64,000 nucleotides of DNA from Antedon mediterranea. Its lineage: Eukaryota; Animalia; Echinodermata. Under the pieces are notes generated by a model. That model saw nothing but the letters and a program-made list of their open reading frames with translations. It was not told where the DNA came from and did no database searches. This document shows, in pieces, positions 13,637 through 27,299 of this stretch. The stretch spans positions 28,706,001 to 28,770,000 of the forward strand of contig NC_092674.1 of the NCBI RefSeq assembly GCF_964355755.1, in the 5' to 3' direction. How positions within the stretch are numbered: the stretch's first letter is position 1; the number at the start of each line of letters is the position of its first letter. The position numbers and the translations under genes are program-made.

Positions 13637-15348
13637 TTAGTAAAAGCAAGAGCATTACTGTATATTAGTATATAATTTAAAACTGTAGGTGAAACCCCGA
13701 TAATATTTTGATATGCACACCATAAACTAATATTTATATATATAGAGCAACCAACTTCTTAAAATCAATTTACACTTATAATAAACTTAAGCTATCTTAT
13801 AATATTGCGAATAATAAACATTAAGTCAATTTCATGGCGATTATTTAAAACAAAATCTCTTAGAAATACAGTAAACTGTCAATGATATCTTAAATTTCCT
13901 TGACTACAAATATTTGTTAAAAAGGGTAAAAGTAAACCTGACACTAAGAGGTGGTGGGTTCGAATCCAAGATTCGCTTGGACAAAAAATGGACTTTTATA
14001 AAGAGCTAGGTTCTACAATCTTATTAGCCTCTTTACATCAACAGGGTTTATTATTAATTAATAAAAACTCTCGCTCGTCCTCTTTAATAAACTGGAAGAG
14101 CCCTCTATAATCCACCATACTATGATTTATATTTCTATTAATGGGTTTTTTAGAATGTCATATTTAGATGTGCTTTAAAAAGTGATTTTTAATATAAAAA
14201 AAATTAGTAAATATCGAAATTAGTGAAATCTTAATAATCATGGAATGAAACAGAATAAAAGGTATTAATTATAAAAATATTAATAATATTAAAGGCTAGG
14301 TGCGGGCCAAAAATTTCTATTGATCATACATTCCAATAATTATCGATCTATAGTTTCCCCTATGTTTCATAATTTTTGGGATTTTATTTGTGTTACACAA
14401 GCTTGTTGAAAATAAGCACTTTCTTATCAGTGGGGGGATAGTTCAAATTACACAGTAAAATCTCAGCTATTCTTTTGTACACAAATTTTGTAAATAGAGA
14501 GGCATGAAAAAGCTATGAAAAATAAACAGTGTGGTAAAAAATGTTATCAAATGACTAAATATAGGTAATATAACTTGAATTTTACATTTCTGGTATTTTT
14601 ATTCAACTTCAGATTTTTATTTTCATGCTATAGCAAAAATTATCCACCGTATATCCACCATCTTTTTTCACCTTCTAGGGAGTCACCAAACATGTTATTA
14701 CATTAGGTTAACCACCCAACTACTGAAAAAAAGTCTTCCTGGTTTTTATGGAAGAATTTTGCCAAATTTTGTATTTGACGATATATTAAGGGATATTCAT
14801 GTTTTTTCGTCTTGATTTCTGTTTAAAATATTTGATTTATGTACAATTAACCAAAATTTTTATTAAAATTTCATGCCTGTACCTGAGCTTTAAAGTCCAG
14901 TAATAGACCAACAACTGGTATAATTGTTAGTGATATACTGGTTTCTATAACTGCAAATATGATATGATCAAAAAAGAATGCTAAAACAATTATATTTTCA
15001 GTTAATAAATAAATGTTATCAACAACATTCTGTTTTAAAAAATATTTGTTTAAACACAAAATAATAAAACTAAAATAAACATAGTTAATTAACTTTGCTC
15101 CAATACAGAATGTTTTTCCCATAAACAAAGCATATTACATCATTTTCAGTAAATCAGTCAATAATGTGACTGGTTGAAATCTGCTTTGTAGTTTTTCAGC
15201 CCAGCACCTCACAATTGTAAACAACCAATCAAATATGGCACACCTGGTCATATGATTGTCCATTCATGGAGCAATTAGTTTCTCCAAGTGATACTTTTGC
15301 CTGTTGAGGGCGCTATCTTGCTTATCAGTGGAGGAACTGATTGTGTCA

Positions 15349-18300
15349 TCAAAATGAGACCCCTCCACGTTCAGTTAGCATTTGGTGTAATTTATCCTCT
15401 TTAACTTTCCTTAAATGAACTTTCTAAATGAAACAAAAAGTTTACAAATTGAGATCAATGTATGACTATCAGTGAGGTATCCTCCCTGCTGCATTTAATT
15501 TTTCTGATTGCCTCAAATAGAGGGCGCTATGACACTAGTACCATTAAACACATGTTTCTGTCATGTTGTAGCCATGTCCTTGTCAGAACTTTGCGAGATC
15601 CTATCCCTGGCATCAACATGCACAAATTATGTGAAACATTTATAGTTTCATCATAGTTTATCAAGTCCAGTTAATACTGTTTTAACCTTTTAATACTGTT
15701 TACATATCTTAATATTTTATTGTTTTTTGTATGTATTTTAATCGTGTTTTTGAACCTTTGAATGCAAATTTCAATTACTATGTATTTAACAATAAATTTG
15801 AACTTGAACTTGAACTATGACAAAAACAAATCCATGTTTCAGTCCGTAAAGATTTTAAAATCTATAGTGATAGTTCTTCTATTTAAAATACATCAGACAT
15901 GAGAATAAAGCTTGGTTCACACTTGGATGCAACGCAAGGTCAGAGGTCAAAGGTCAGATGATAATGTTTTGATGGGTCTTTGCATCCAAGTAGGAACCAG
16001 GCTTAAATGTTTCCATGGTACTTACTATTCTAGAGTCCATAAATGATTTTAGGAATTCATCTGTCTCTATTTTATTGTCTAGATATGATTCAGCCAATTC
16101 CTCCGATTCAGTGTCAGCATCTGCGACTGATACTTTTAAATTATATAAAATACTTTCAGGCGATAATTGCTGTGCATAAAATAAAGGAAAGACGACTTAT
16201 TATGCATGATTATATCACTTACAGCAGCAGTGCTTACAACGATTTTTAATTTGTTGCAAGTCTTATCCCATTGATTGTACATCATACATTATACAATCCA
16301 TTTGTGATTTTAAAATTGTCCTAGTCTCATCCCATTGAAATTGTATTTGTTTGTTGTAGGAATGATTTTATATAGATTCAAAAAAAGTATTATTATTTTA
16401 GAAGAGTTGGCAATAATTTACTTAAGTACTCTATCATAACCTATCACAAAGCCCCCTTCCCGGAAGTTAACATGAAACAAAAATAGAGGACAAAATGAAA
16501 ACATTTCAAATGAGCAGTTTCATTTACATTGAAATTCATTACCTCATTAATACTTTGCTGATGCAAACATTTCATATCAAAGCTGTTCCTAGCTTCCAGC
16601 ATTTTGTTATACGCTTCTTTTAATTTCTCTTTCCTACTTTCTAATTCAGGTTTATAACTCATATTTGTTTCTGAAAAACAATAATAAATAATAATAACAA
16701 TAATAAATAATAATAATAATAATTGACAAAGTGGGTTATGAAATAGATTTTGTTTGTTTCCATATTCTGTGTTTATAAGTATTTTGTATAATAACCATAT
16801 CAGTGGTATAATTCCCTCATATAACAAAGCTGTAATGCTGAAAGTATATAGATAATGTTTATCCTTAATTGATACAAATTTGGATAGGTCCTCTACGGAC
16901 CCATAGTGAATGATAGGGCTAAGATGGACCAGTACACCAGGGTAACCCACTATTCTTTGAAAGCATGCACACAAGCCAGATGTGTACACTGGACGTCCAG
17001 TTTTATCCTAGAAGACTTGTTCTACCACCCGAAAAATGTTCTAGAAGAGCCTTGAACCTGAGCTGGCTATGGTTTGCGGTGCCTATGCTGCCTTAACCAC
17101 TCAGCCACTTGACTCAAACACTTATGATGATTTTTAAAGCTCTGTCTACACTATCAAACTTTATGCGACAACAAAATGTGATGTGCTCATATATGGACAT
17201 GAAGTTATGTCATATCACTACCATATTTTGGTATATCACTACCATATTTGGGTATATCACTACCACATTTGGGCACATCACACTAGGTTGATAGTGTAGA
17301 CAGAGCTTAACACTCACTTGATAATTCTTCACAGGATTCATTTAATTTGTTCCTTTCATCTTTTAATCTTTCCATTTGCTCTGAATATAGAACCATGTTT
17401 AATAGTTTTTCTTCATCCTCCATTAATATTTTGAGTTCATCTATTGATTTGTTTTGTAATTCAGGAAACTCTGTTTGTACTTGGAAATTGTGGGCACCCT
17501 GTGTGGAAACATGAAACAAGTGTTTAATAAGGAAATTAGGAGTGGCCAAACTAGCTATTTCAAAGGTCATATGTGTACTAGTTCACACATAGCCACTATC
17601 GTGGACAGACGATAAGGTGCCTTAAAGTGGCTGCATAGTAGAAAAGTGTAACAAACATCAACATTAAAAAAAACTCATTGCCTCTTAACTTTACTAAAGG
17701 TAAGAATCCGAGTCCACAGCGCCATGAGCAATGATTCATTTGTTAGAATTCGGCGCTATACAAAAACTCATATATTATTATTATTATTGATAATTATATT
17801 TAGTCCTAGTTTGTACTGTGACTTGGAAAAGTGCTAGTTCAACATGTGACTGAATAATCAATGCATAAACAAAGTACGAACGAAGAATAATTGTTTGTTA
17901 CTTTCTGCTAAAAGAATTTCATAAAAACTTACTAAGACATCATTCCCTTGTGTGTTACTGGTTGTGGGGTACATAGATGAACCGTTTACAGGTGGCATAG
18001 TGTGACCTGGCATAGGATACATACCTACGTTGCCAGCCACCGTGGATGGTTGTCCATACGGCGGTGGCATACTTTGAGGAAATGCTGGCATGCCTTGGGG
18101 ATATGGCAATGCAGGCATGTGACTAGGTCTAAAAAAAAAATGTAAAGCTTTATATCAACAGTGTACTGTATTATTCTGATTGGCTAAACTATATGTACCA
18201 TATATGGTATTTTTAAAATGTAGAAAATTTATGACAGTCTCAGATTCAAGACAAAGGTTAAAGGTCACTTACGGTTGATTGGTACTTTCAGCAAATACTA

Positions 18301-20567
18301 CAGGAGGTGACTTTTCAAATTCTGTAACTATATCCCTTATGACACGACCTAGTACTGAATTTACTACAAACTGAATTAAGAAGCAAATATAAATAAAAAA
18401 GGATTTAATAAAGCTTGGTTCCCACTAGGACGCAACTAAAAAGCGAATTGACCAATCACAAGTGACAATATAATCCATTGGCTTTGATTGGTGATTTCAC
18501 TTACTAGTGGGAACAAAGTTTTATACAATAGTGTTAAGAATTATATTTCCAAGGGGAAAAAACAATTTAGTGTGAACACTGCTTTGATTGGCTTGTTCAC
18601 ACCTCCACTTCCTGGTCTATTGTCAAGTGAGCACTAATTGCTTTTACATTTTGTCTGTACTAATTCATCCATGGTGGTTAGTGATTTTCATTGGGTTTGA
18701 GTTCAAATCAGCTTTTCTTTTGTCTGGTATATTATTGTAAAAGACCATATTCTAATAGCCATAGTAGATTCAATTCATACAAAATATTTAATATTATTTA
18801 CAGTGGTGTAAGACAGAGGCCTGAGGCCCCTGGTCCAACCCTTAAGGCCTCAGACGTTTTAGCCTTAAAGCGTGGTTCCCACTTGAACGCAACGTAATGC
18901 AGCGAAGTATCGACGCAAAGTGCTGTATTGCATAATCACAAGTGAGAACCGACGACACAATAGTGCTGCAAACATTGAAGGTTTGATTTCACGCAGGCGG
19001 GGGCAAACGCAATGATTGGAAGGGCATTTTCGTACGTTGCGTAGATTGCGTCGCTAGTGGGAACCAAGCTTTAACAACATATTTTAATGTCTTTTTTCCT
19101 CTGGGCACTGTTCAGGCTCCTGGGTTTAGCCAGTGAGCGATCATAGCCGTTACGCCACTGATTATTTAAACTAATACCGGTATCGATGAAGACAGTCTTA
19201 CATTATTCAAACTTCTACAACCAATAACAAGCATATGTTTGCTGACCCACGGATGCCGTAGAGGGGGCGATACTTTCACAATTGGTTTATCTTCTGGAAA
19301 CTTTGGCGGAAGTGTTCTGAAGTCAAACAAAAATAGAATGAAGTGTATTCTTACTTTTGACTTTTATAGTGATAAGAAGGTTAATTTTAAATTGTATGGG
19401 GTTTTATGTCGGACCACCGATCAAGAGTCATGGAATTGATTTATACGTAACTTATAGTCAACTCTCCCAAACCAAAAGGTTCCATATTTTTATTACCATT
19501 AAAAACACATACGGAATACCAGATTCTCTGAAAAAACCAGGAATATTAGGCCATCCTAAGGCTTTCTAGTATTGGAAGGGTTGACTGTATACAAACTCTA
19601 GTGTGAGCGGATAAATTGCTAGGAAAATTTTATAATTACATTAAATTCAATTCACTTATGGTTTCTGAAAAAAAAAAGGAATTTGCAGTGTCATTACTTA
19701 ATGCACTTGTCAATTGAATGACCTCACTATAGGACCCCCGGGAGAGGTGCGTCATTTACAAATAATTACTGACGTAGGGGTGCGTCAAAAAACCTAGATG
19801 GTACGTCACATCAATGAACAAGGTGTGTCAATGTCCGTCACTTTACCACCCACCATATCATAAACAACATGGTCACAGTGCGTCAAAATGGGTGCGTCAT
19901 GGTCACCTAAAGGTAAGTCACATTTTTGACGCACGGGTGCGTCATGGTATTCAATGGTATGACGTACATCGGACAAATGACGCACCTCTCCCAGGGTCGT
20001 ATAGTGGGTCATACAAATGACAAGTGCATAAACATAACTCATAGAAATAACTACAGCGATCTTACATGTTTAATGCAACGGTATGCCCACTGACAGTAAA
20101 TGATACTCTATATTCTTCATCACGCTTTATTTCAGCAACACTTTGAAAAATAAAAAAAATTATTTTTAAAATATGATTTTCAATATTTTAGTATTATTGA
20201 TGTTTTTAAATACAATTTGTACAAATCATGACACTATATAAATAATGTATTAAAATGGTCAGGATACTACTTTCTGTGAGTGAGTACATAAAAAACAAAT
20301 TTAGGCCTAATGTCCACACGTTCCCTCCTCATTCTTATCTAGTTTGAGTTATTTAATTACACACGTCCACGTCCTCCCCACCTACCACCACCTCCTGTGG
20401 ATTCCTATCCTTTCCTAGCTAGCCTAGCATTTTTCTCTTAAAAAAATAAAGGATTTTATAACTTACTTATGGTTATATGTCTTCAAAGAATCGATTTGTT
20501 GAGTTCTCTTTTGTTGGAGGTGAGTTACTGCAGGTAATTCACTTTTACTCTTGAAAAACCAATCCAT
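15349..20567 (-). CDS. VPS37A: Vacuolar protein sorting 37A (ESCRT-I subunit; UEV-like N-terminus, Pro-rich linker, mod(r)/VPS37 C-terminal domain), 9 coding exons
   Basis: Exons 20567-20467 (MDWFFKSK..LQQKRTQQIDSL), 20140-20066 (VAEIKRDEEYRVSF), 19316-19202 (LPPKFPEDKPIVKVSPPLRHPWV), 18370-18273 (LGRVIRDIVTEFEKSPPV), 18128-17933 (Pro-rich), 17499-17317 (FPELQNKSIDEL), 16670-16542, 16169-16026 (ESEELAESYLDNKIETDEFLKSF) and 15423-15349 (HLRKVKEDKL..*). Matches remembered VPS37A motifs along the whole length. Confidence 0.93.
16930..17110 (-). mobile_element. tRNA-derived SINE fragment
   Basis: Minus strand AGTGGCTGAGTGGTTAAG (A box) ... GGTTCAAGG (B-box-like), then GGTGGTAGAACAAGTCTTCT shared with the copy at 56430-56710. 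Confidence 0.6.
17138..17307. mobile_element. Family-A MITE with three internal 21-bp units
   Basis: TAA-AGCTCTGTCTACACTATCAAAC...TGATAGTGTAGACAGAGCT-TAA; ATCACTACCATATTTGGG unit x3. Confidence 0.9.
18801..19160. mobile_element. hAT-like MITE with a nested family-B MITE (18868-19070)
   Basis: CAGTGGTGTAA...TTACGCCACTG termini with perfect 8-bp TSD ATTATTTA (18793-18800 and 19161-19168). Confidence 0.85.
19453..19589. mobile_element. Tc1/pogo-like MITE
   Basis: TA-TAGTCAACTCTCCC...GGGTTGACTG-TA; related copy at 24648-24778. Confidence 0.55.
19702..20028. mobile_element. MITE with ~55-bp TIRs and many internal TGCGTCA/TGACG motifs
   Basis: TAA-TGCACTTGTCA..ATGACC.CACTATAGGACCCCCGGGAGAGGTGCGTCATTT / AAATGACGCACCTCTCCCAGGGTCGTATAGTGGGTCAT..TGACAAGTGCA-TAA. 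Confidence 0.8.
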
Positions 20568-21724
20568 AATATCATGGGACTAAAAATCATTGATTGATTG
20601 GGAATCGAAACACAATTTTGTCATTTTTTGTTTTGCTTATTTAACATGGATATCTTCACGGCAGCCGGGTACCCTAAACCTGCAACACACTTAAAATTAA
20701 TATTATAATTTGTAAATACGCAATGTACACGACGGCTGTGTAAATAGGTATGATGTCAAATTCGGAAAGGGTTAACTTCTTTCTGTGTAAAATCCGTCGA
20801 CACTGTTCTGTGGGGATATTATGTGTAAATAATAATCAAAGGTGTCTAATAATTATAAATTATTGTGTACTTGTATAGCTGTAACTTGACAATTATTTTA
20901 AATAATTGCTGTGTTATTTAAAAATGCTCGTTGCTATTTATAACTTAGTTTTTTTACAATAATGTAAAATGTCTGTCCCCATAAAGTAAAATGGTACAAG
21001 CAAGATTCCTTCCCATCATGCTGAATTTGACCTTTTTGTGCTTTGGAATAATGATGTAAACGTAAAAGGCATCGTTTTTGCAGCATTTTTTTGTTTTTCG
21101 GAGAGGGGAGGTAAACGATAAACATAATATTGAATATTACAAAGTATTGTGTACTGCAATGGCAAACTAAGAACCATTCTATGCTGTGCTAATGACACTT
21201 TAGGCTCTTCAATCCCCATGGCTACTTTATTTAAAATGCGTTGGCCGCCTTCTTCTTTCCTGAATGAATCCTTGGGTCCTACCTTTTGTGAGTGTGGACG
21301 TGTGTGTGTGAGCGGTTCGGGTCGATGTCTTCTTGAAGCAGGCCGGTGCGATAGAGTGGATGCCTAGCACTACACATGCTTAATTTCCATTTTTTTAAGC
21401 AAAAAGTTTCACTGGGTTAGGTTGACAATCAATCAAAAGTGTCTTTATTTTATGCATCGGATCATCCAACAAATGAATAAAGTTTATCAAAAAAAGTTTA
21501 AAACATAAAAGATCACTTGTTGAATTTGATGGTGGCTGTTTGATTTTAGAATGAACTTTTTAATGATAATGTAAATATTTTGTGTTTAGTACTATTTGTA
21601 GTCTGTCATTGCCAATAAAGTAAAATAAAAGTGCTTATTTTATAACAACTTCTTTACACAGCTTTTGATATTGGAATAACTTGTTTGAAAATAGACGAAA
21701 TAAGAAGAAAGCAAACGTAACATT
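20568..21724. promoter_or_regulatory. Putative bidirectional promoter and 5' UTR region shared by VPS37A and CNOT7/8
   Basis: Divergent start codons 1.16 kb apart; CpG-containing patches at ~20655-20800 and ~21240-21365. TSS positions cannot be determined from sequence. Confidence 0.55.
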
Positions 21725-24700
21725 ATGCCATCACAAACAAATGAGGCTGTGATTATAGATGTGTGGGCTTCAAATCTTGAAGAAGTGTTTAGGAAAATTA
21801 GGCTCCTTGTTCAGAAATACCCATTTGTCGCAATGGTAGGTTTTCGTGATGTTTGTCAATTGTTTCGACAAATTGGCACACTGAGCCCTTCCCTTCCTTC
21901 CTTTTCTCTTCCTTCCTTTTCTCTTCCTTCCTTTTCTCTTCCTTCCTTTTCTCTTCCTTCCTTTTCTCTTCCTTCCTTTTCCTTTCCCCTTCCTTCCTTT
22001 TTCTTTCCCTTGTTTCCAAACAACAAACAAAAAAGTGTAAACATTTGGCAGAACACCATGATTAAAGCCTTGTCTACACTATCAAACTTTATGTGACAAA
22101 AAATGCCCATATATAGACATGATGATGGCATATAACTATCATATTTTTTTGTCAAACTAGTTTGATAGTTCATCTAAAGTCTTTATAAATACTTTAAATT
22201 AATATTACTTACCTTATTCTGTTGATTTTGTTTTTAGGATACAGAATTTCCTGGTGTAGTTGCCAGGCCAATCGGAGAGTTCAAAAGCCCTGCAGAGTTC
22301 CACTATCAACTCCACCGGTGCAATGTAGACCTGCTGAAAATTATTCAACTTGGATTAACGTTTTCAGATGAAAAGGGCTTACTGCCAATTGGAACACCAT
22401 CTACCTATCAATTTAATTTTAAATTTAACTTAGTGTAAGTACTGCAGAACACTTCACTATCTATTTGAAATATATTATTTGATTTAAAATAATGATAGTG
22501 AGGCATTTAATATATAGGCAAACTGCCTAAAGGCCCATTTACACTAGGACGATAACGATCGACGATAAATAGATAAGCATGCATTTTTCTTATATAAAAC
22601 AATAATTTAGAAAGGTTTTTATTCTAGAATTATAGAATACTTATTTATGCTGTCTTTGATAAAATAATATTTTTTTTAAATCCAATCAAATGACGTCATG
22701 ATCAATAAACAAAAAATATCGTTGTATTGTCACGATATTATTGCTCTTACTAATCATGACGTCATTTGATTGGACGTCTGAAAATATCATTTTCATCAAA
22801 GGAAGCATAGATGGTTCCTAAATAGTCCTAGAATAAAAACTTTTTAGATTTCTTTTGTTTTATGTATGAGCAATGCATATTTGTTTATTTATCGTCGATC
22901 GTTATCGTCCTAGTGTAAATGGGCCTTTAGGCTGTTTGCCTATTTATTAAATGCCTCACTATCGTTATTTTAACTCGAAAGTTCGGTGGAATCATTCATG
23001 ATTTTGTTTGATAATTTGCAGTAAAATTGTTGATTGATTGATCTATTCATATTATTATTTCAATTTGTCTAAACCAACAGTGAAGATATGTATGCTCAAG
23101 ACTCTATTCAGTTACTGACATCTTCAGGAATTCAATTTAAAAAACACGAGGAGGAAGGAATAGATGCAGATTATTTTGCGGAGTTACTGATGACATCTGG
23201 TATTGTCTTGAATGAAGAAGTAAAATGGATTACATTTCACAGGTACACTAGCTGATTCAGTGTGTCTAGGCAAATGTCATAACGTGATTTGCTGTATTCG
23301 TAAATACAGTGTCACATGTCATTTGTATCCTAAGATGCTAGGCAACCATAAAAACTTTTGCTATGATACAATACAACATGTGATAAACATGTGATGCTGT
23401 ATCAAAGAACGTTCCTACTCAACAATTTTAAGATACAGCACAGAGAATTTGGTGGAGGATGTGAAGTGATGAATTAGTAACAATGCCAAGATGATCCATG
23501 TTTTATCAATTGTTGTAGTTTTACTGCTTAAAATAAATTAATATGTTTTTTTTTTAACTTTCTTATTAGTGGTTATGACTTTGCATATTTGTTAAAGTCG
23601 CTGACAGGGCTTAATTTACCGTCAGAAGAAAGTGAATTTTTTGAACTCTTACGGATTTACTTTCCTGGAATTTATGACGTAAAATATTTGATGAAAAGCT
23701 GCAAAGACCTTAAAGGAGGATTACAAGAAGTTGCCGACGATCTTGAAGTAAGTTTGACAGTTCAGGTTTTTGAAAATTATACGACCACTTTTGGAAATTA
23801 TGTGACCACTTTTAAAATAAAATATATCTACAGGCCTTGTCTTTTTGAAAATTATAGGGGTGCTAAAAATTTCACTCCTCAATACATTCAGGGGTGCTGT
23901 ACTGTACTGTTGGGTGTGCTGTTTGTATTTTGGTGTGTAGAAGTTTTTCAAATTTAAGCGTGTTGTAAATCGCATACCTCAAGGGCATTTTAGGAGTGTG
24001 TTAAGTGAGTGATTGCACTCGCTCACCTCACAGGACAAGGCCTGTATCTAGTATTTAATTTTAAAGGCTCATCTGTCACTGGACATATCATTCCATTATT
24101 GTTAAATTTGGTTTGCCTATCATTATCAAACAAAAATAATATTATAACTTTCTATCTTTTAAAAGATGCTATCATGTTAAAATTTACCTTAGTCCTAGAA
24201 GCTGAGTACCCATCACCACACAGCAGATGGATTATGAGAAGTACAAACTATACTAAGAGATTGTTTTTCTTTTTTACTAAAGGTTATAAGAATAGGCCCA
24301 CAACATCAAGCAGGTAGTGATAGTCTATTGACGTTACAAACGTTTTTCAAAATGAGAGAAGTAAGTTTAAAGCATTTATTTACCTATTTTAATTATTTAT
24401 AAATTTATAAATTTATAATTTGTATTACTGATGGGTTCCAAATTAGAAAACTAAATTATTGGGAGACTTTATAAATAATAGCCAAATTATAGAGGGCGCT
24501 AACATTTTTAAAAGTGCATCCAAACATAAGGCATTATTTGAAAATATATCATTGTCTATAGTAAAAAAATTGGTATTCCAGCAGCTTTCCAATGTGTGCA
24601 ATATGCCAAATAAAAATAAATTGTTAATTCATGTACTATATTATTAGTACAGTGAATTCTCCCAAAATGGGCTAGCCTAATATGTCCGATTTTCTGGAAA

Positions 24701-25547
24701 GTCTGGTATTCTGAATGTGTTTTTAATGGTGAGAATGAATTTGGACCTTGTGTCTGGTTTTCGGAGAGTTGACTGTATATCCAAAAACATTAAAGATGTA
24801 TTGTCCCTTGAAACACAAAAAAATGAAGGTCAAAATATTCTAAATTGAGAAGGTGTTTTCAAACAGATCGCGAGGAAGTTTTATAATTATGCATACAGAG
24901 TAGCCAAACAGGCGCGTTGCATTATGAGATATGTTTTGATCGAAAACTTATTTTTTGAACAAAAAAATGACTATTTCAGTTAAATGATATTTTTTTTGAC
25001 TAATTTTTGGTGAAAGTTAATAACTATTATGATACTTCAAAATGACCCACTTTTTATCGAAATCTTTTTTAAAAATTTTTTTGGGAATTAGTCAAAGGGA
25101 CAATACATCTTTAAGACAAGTTTCATCCTAAATGATCTCGAGAGATGAGAGATCCTTGAAATATTGGGAAATTTCTGAAATTATCATGCTAATGATCATG
25201 CCAATTGAAGCTTTTCATTAAAACAAACAATACATCAGACATATAAAGGAATGACCGACTCATTGAGTCATAGGGGCCTAGGTCGCTTTTGTTTTTCCTG
25301 ACCGGTTTTTATTAAGTTTTTTTTTGGTCAAATAAATAAATGTAATGCCAACCTGGTATATTGCAGCCTTCAAACTTAATTCTGTGTTAAAAAGCACACT
25401 TATGGTAAATTACATCTTTACATTTTACAGAATTATTTCGAAGATAATATTGATGATGATAAATACTTAGGTCATTTGTATGGTCTTGGATCGTCGTACA
25501 TACAGAATGGCAATGCGTTTGTCGAGGAAAATAACTTATCATCGTAA
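21725..25547 (+). CDS. CNOT7: CCR4-NOT deadenylase subunit CAF1 (CNOT7/CNOT8 co-ortholog), 6 coding exons
   Basis: Exons 21725-21835, 22238-22434, 23081-23242, 23570-23747, 24283-24360 and 25431-25547. Motifs [70 protein letters not shown] (DEDD nuclease residues intact). Confidence 0.96.
21887..22010 (+). repeat. Pure-pyrimidine 15-bp minisatellite (CTTCCTTCCTTTTCT)n
   Basis: About 6 perfect units plus degenerate ones in the CNOT7 intron; it generates the spurious KRKGR/EKEGR ORFs. Confidence 0.95.
22484..22973. mobile_element. ~490-bp fully palindromic foldback element flanked by TTAA
   Basis: AATAATGATAGTGAGGCATTTAA..GGCCCATTTACACTAGGACGATAACGATCGACGATAAAT mirrored at the right end; symmetry continues to a centre at ~22730. 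Confidence 0.85.
24790..25114. mobile_element. Kolobok-like non-autonomous element
   Basis: TTAA-AGATGTATTGTCCCTT...AAGGGACAATACATCT-TTAA (TTAA TSD, AG..CT termini). Confidence 0.8.
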
Positions 25548-26079
25548 CCTTGACAGAAACCAGAGAAATTTGAGTATGAAAAATAACAAGTCCTCCGTAA
25601 ATGAATATGAAACTCGAAATGGAACAACATTACTTTTTTCTCTCAATATTTGTATATTCTAGTAGAATTTTTAACCTTTGTCCTCTGAATGTTGTGCTAT
25701 ATTGTGTATGTTTATACTTTGTGTACGTATTTGTTATGTCGCCCTGTTCTTACTTGCATTCCTTCTTGTTGCCAAATTTCTAAGCATATGGTCCTTGCGC
25801 CTCGGATGCATGTTCAAATTTTTAATAATATTATGATATATATTGTATTTTTGGTACGTTTCAATGATGACCTCCCACATGACATAAAATTTAATAATTC
25901 CCTGATTGCAATATTTGTAGAAAATGGTTTTAATGTAGATAACTAAATTTATTATTTAGGTAACACTTTGCAATCTGATTCATCGTTTGCCACTCAACAA
26001 CTATCAATCTTTAGAAAATCCTTTTTTATCCCTTTTTCCACAAACATCTGATAAAACTTTTGACATTCATCTGGTCTTA

Positions 26080-26180
26080 AGCTTTGTCCACACTATCAAA
26101 CCTTATGTGACAAAAAAATAATGATGATGTCATATCACTACCATATTTTGGCATATCACACTAGTTTGAAAGTGTAGACT
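26080..26180. mobile_element. Family-A MITE (degenerate)
   Basis: AGCTTTGTCCACACTATCAAA...AGTTTGAAAGTGTAGAC. Confidence 0.7.
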
Positions 26181-27157
26181 AATTTGACACAGACTTCCTA
26201 AAATAGCCCTTTATATTTACATTCAAACTTTGACCTTTACCACATCAAATGGTGTCACCTCTGACAAAAACTGTAACAATAATACAATCTTTTGACCTTT
26301 TCAATTGATTGACATTTCACAGATATTGATCATTTAATTCCAACGAAAATGAATTGCCTTAATGCAAGTCTTGCCAAGAATCAGAAATCCAAAAAATGAA
26401 AAAATAAAAAATATGAAAAAAAAACTGAACTCAACTTACAAAATTTGTAAATTAAATAGTTTTAAAAATTATGATTGGTAAATGATCTTTTTGCTAATTT
26501 TGCCATATTCAAAATTTACAAACTTTATATCTGTTTTATTTAACATTTTATCGCCTTCGTCTTAGTGTCAAGCCTATATATTATCTTATGAAAATATATA
26601 AATATAGTTATTAAAACCATAAATAATGGAAAATTAATGGTTCTTTTAATACCAAGCAAGAAACTAACTACAAAATATAATTCAAACCATAATTTTGAAC
26701 AATTTAATTAACTATACCTAACAGTTACAGGACCAAACTAAATTCAAAGCTGAAGCTAATTGTGCAATATGTGTTTGCTAGTCTGTTATGGGATCAAGCC
26801 ATTCCGCATACAATTCATTCTTTATTACTTTCACAGTAATATTTCTTTTTGAGCGTATGATGACGATGCATTGCGATATATTTTAAAAAGGGGCATTTTT
26901 TTTCTATTTTAATGTTAATTTATTCTTTTTATGGAATATTTTATTGTTTTAATTTTACATGATTTTGGTTTACCCCTATGATATTATTACTCTAAATTGT
27001 TTTACATGTTTTTAGATTACTGTGTACATGAACTGTTGTTCAGATGTAGTCCTATCAAATACTGTAATAGTCCCATCCATTTTCATTCAATACCTACAGT
27101 ACAATAGGTTGTCTGGAAAAAGCAAAAACATATACTACATTTATTTCTGATATTTTA

Positions 27158-27299
27158 AGCTCTGTTTACACTATCAAATTTTCAACAAATGTGATGTGCC
27201 CATATATGGACATGATGATGTCATATCACTACCATACTTGGGCACATCACTACCATATTTGGGTACATCACACTAGTAATTGATAGTGTAGACAGAGCT
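27158..27299. mobile_element. Family-A MITE
   Basis: TTA TSD on both sides, both TIRs present, two 21-bp units. Confidence 0.88.

Noticed and set aside
15540-15815. LINE 3' remnant ending in AATAAA-(TTGAAC)n; similar hint at 48170-48320
   Set aside because: The tail is suggestive, but no recognisable reverse-transcriptase sequence supports a call
21770-22173. Repetitive ORFs (KRKGR, EKEGR, SFLFS, PSFSL repeats)
   Set aside because: They are translations of a 15-bp intronic minisatellite; the real CNOT7 exon ends at the GTAGG donor after 21835
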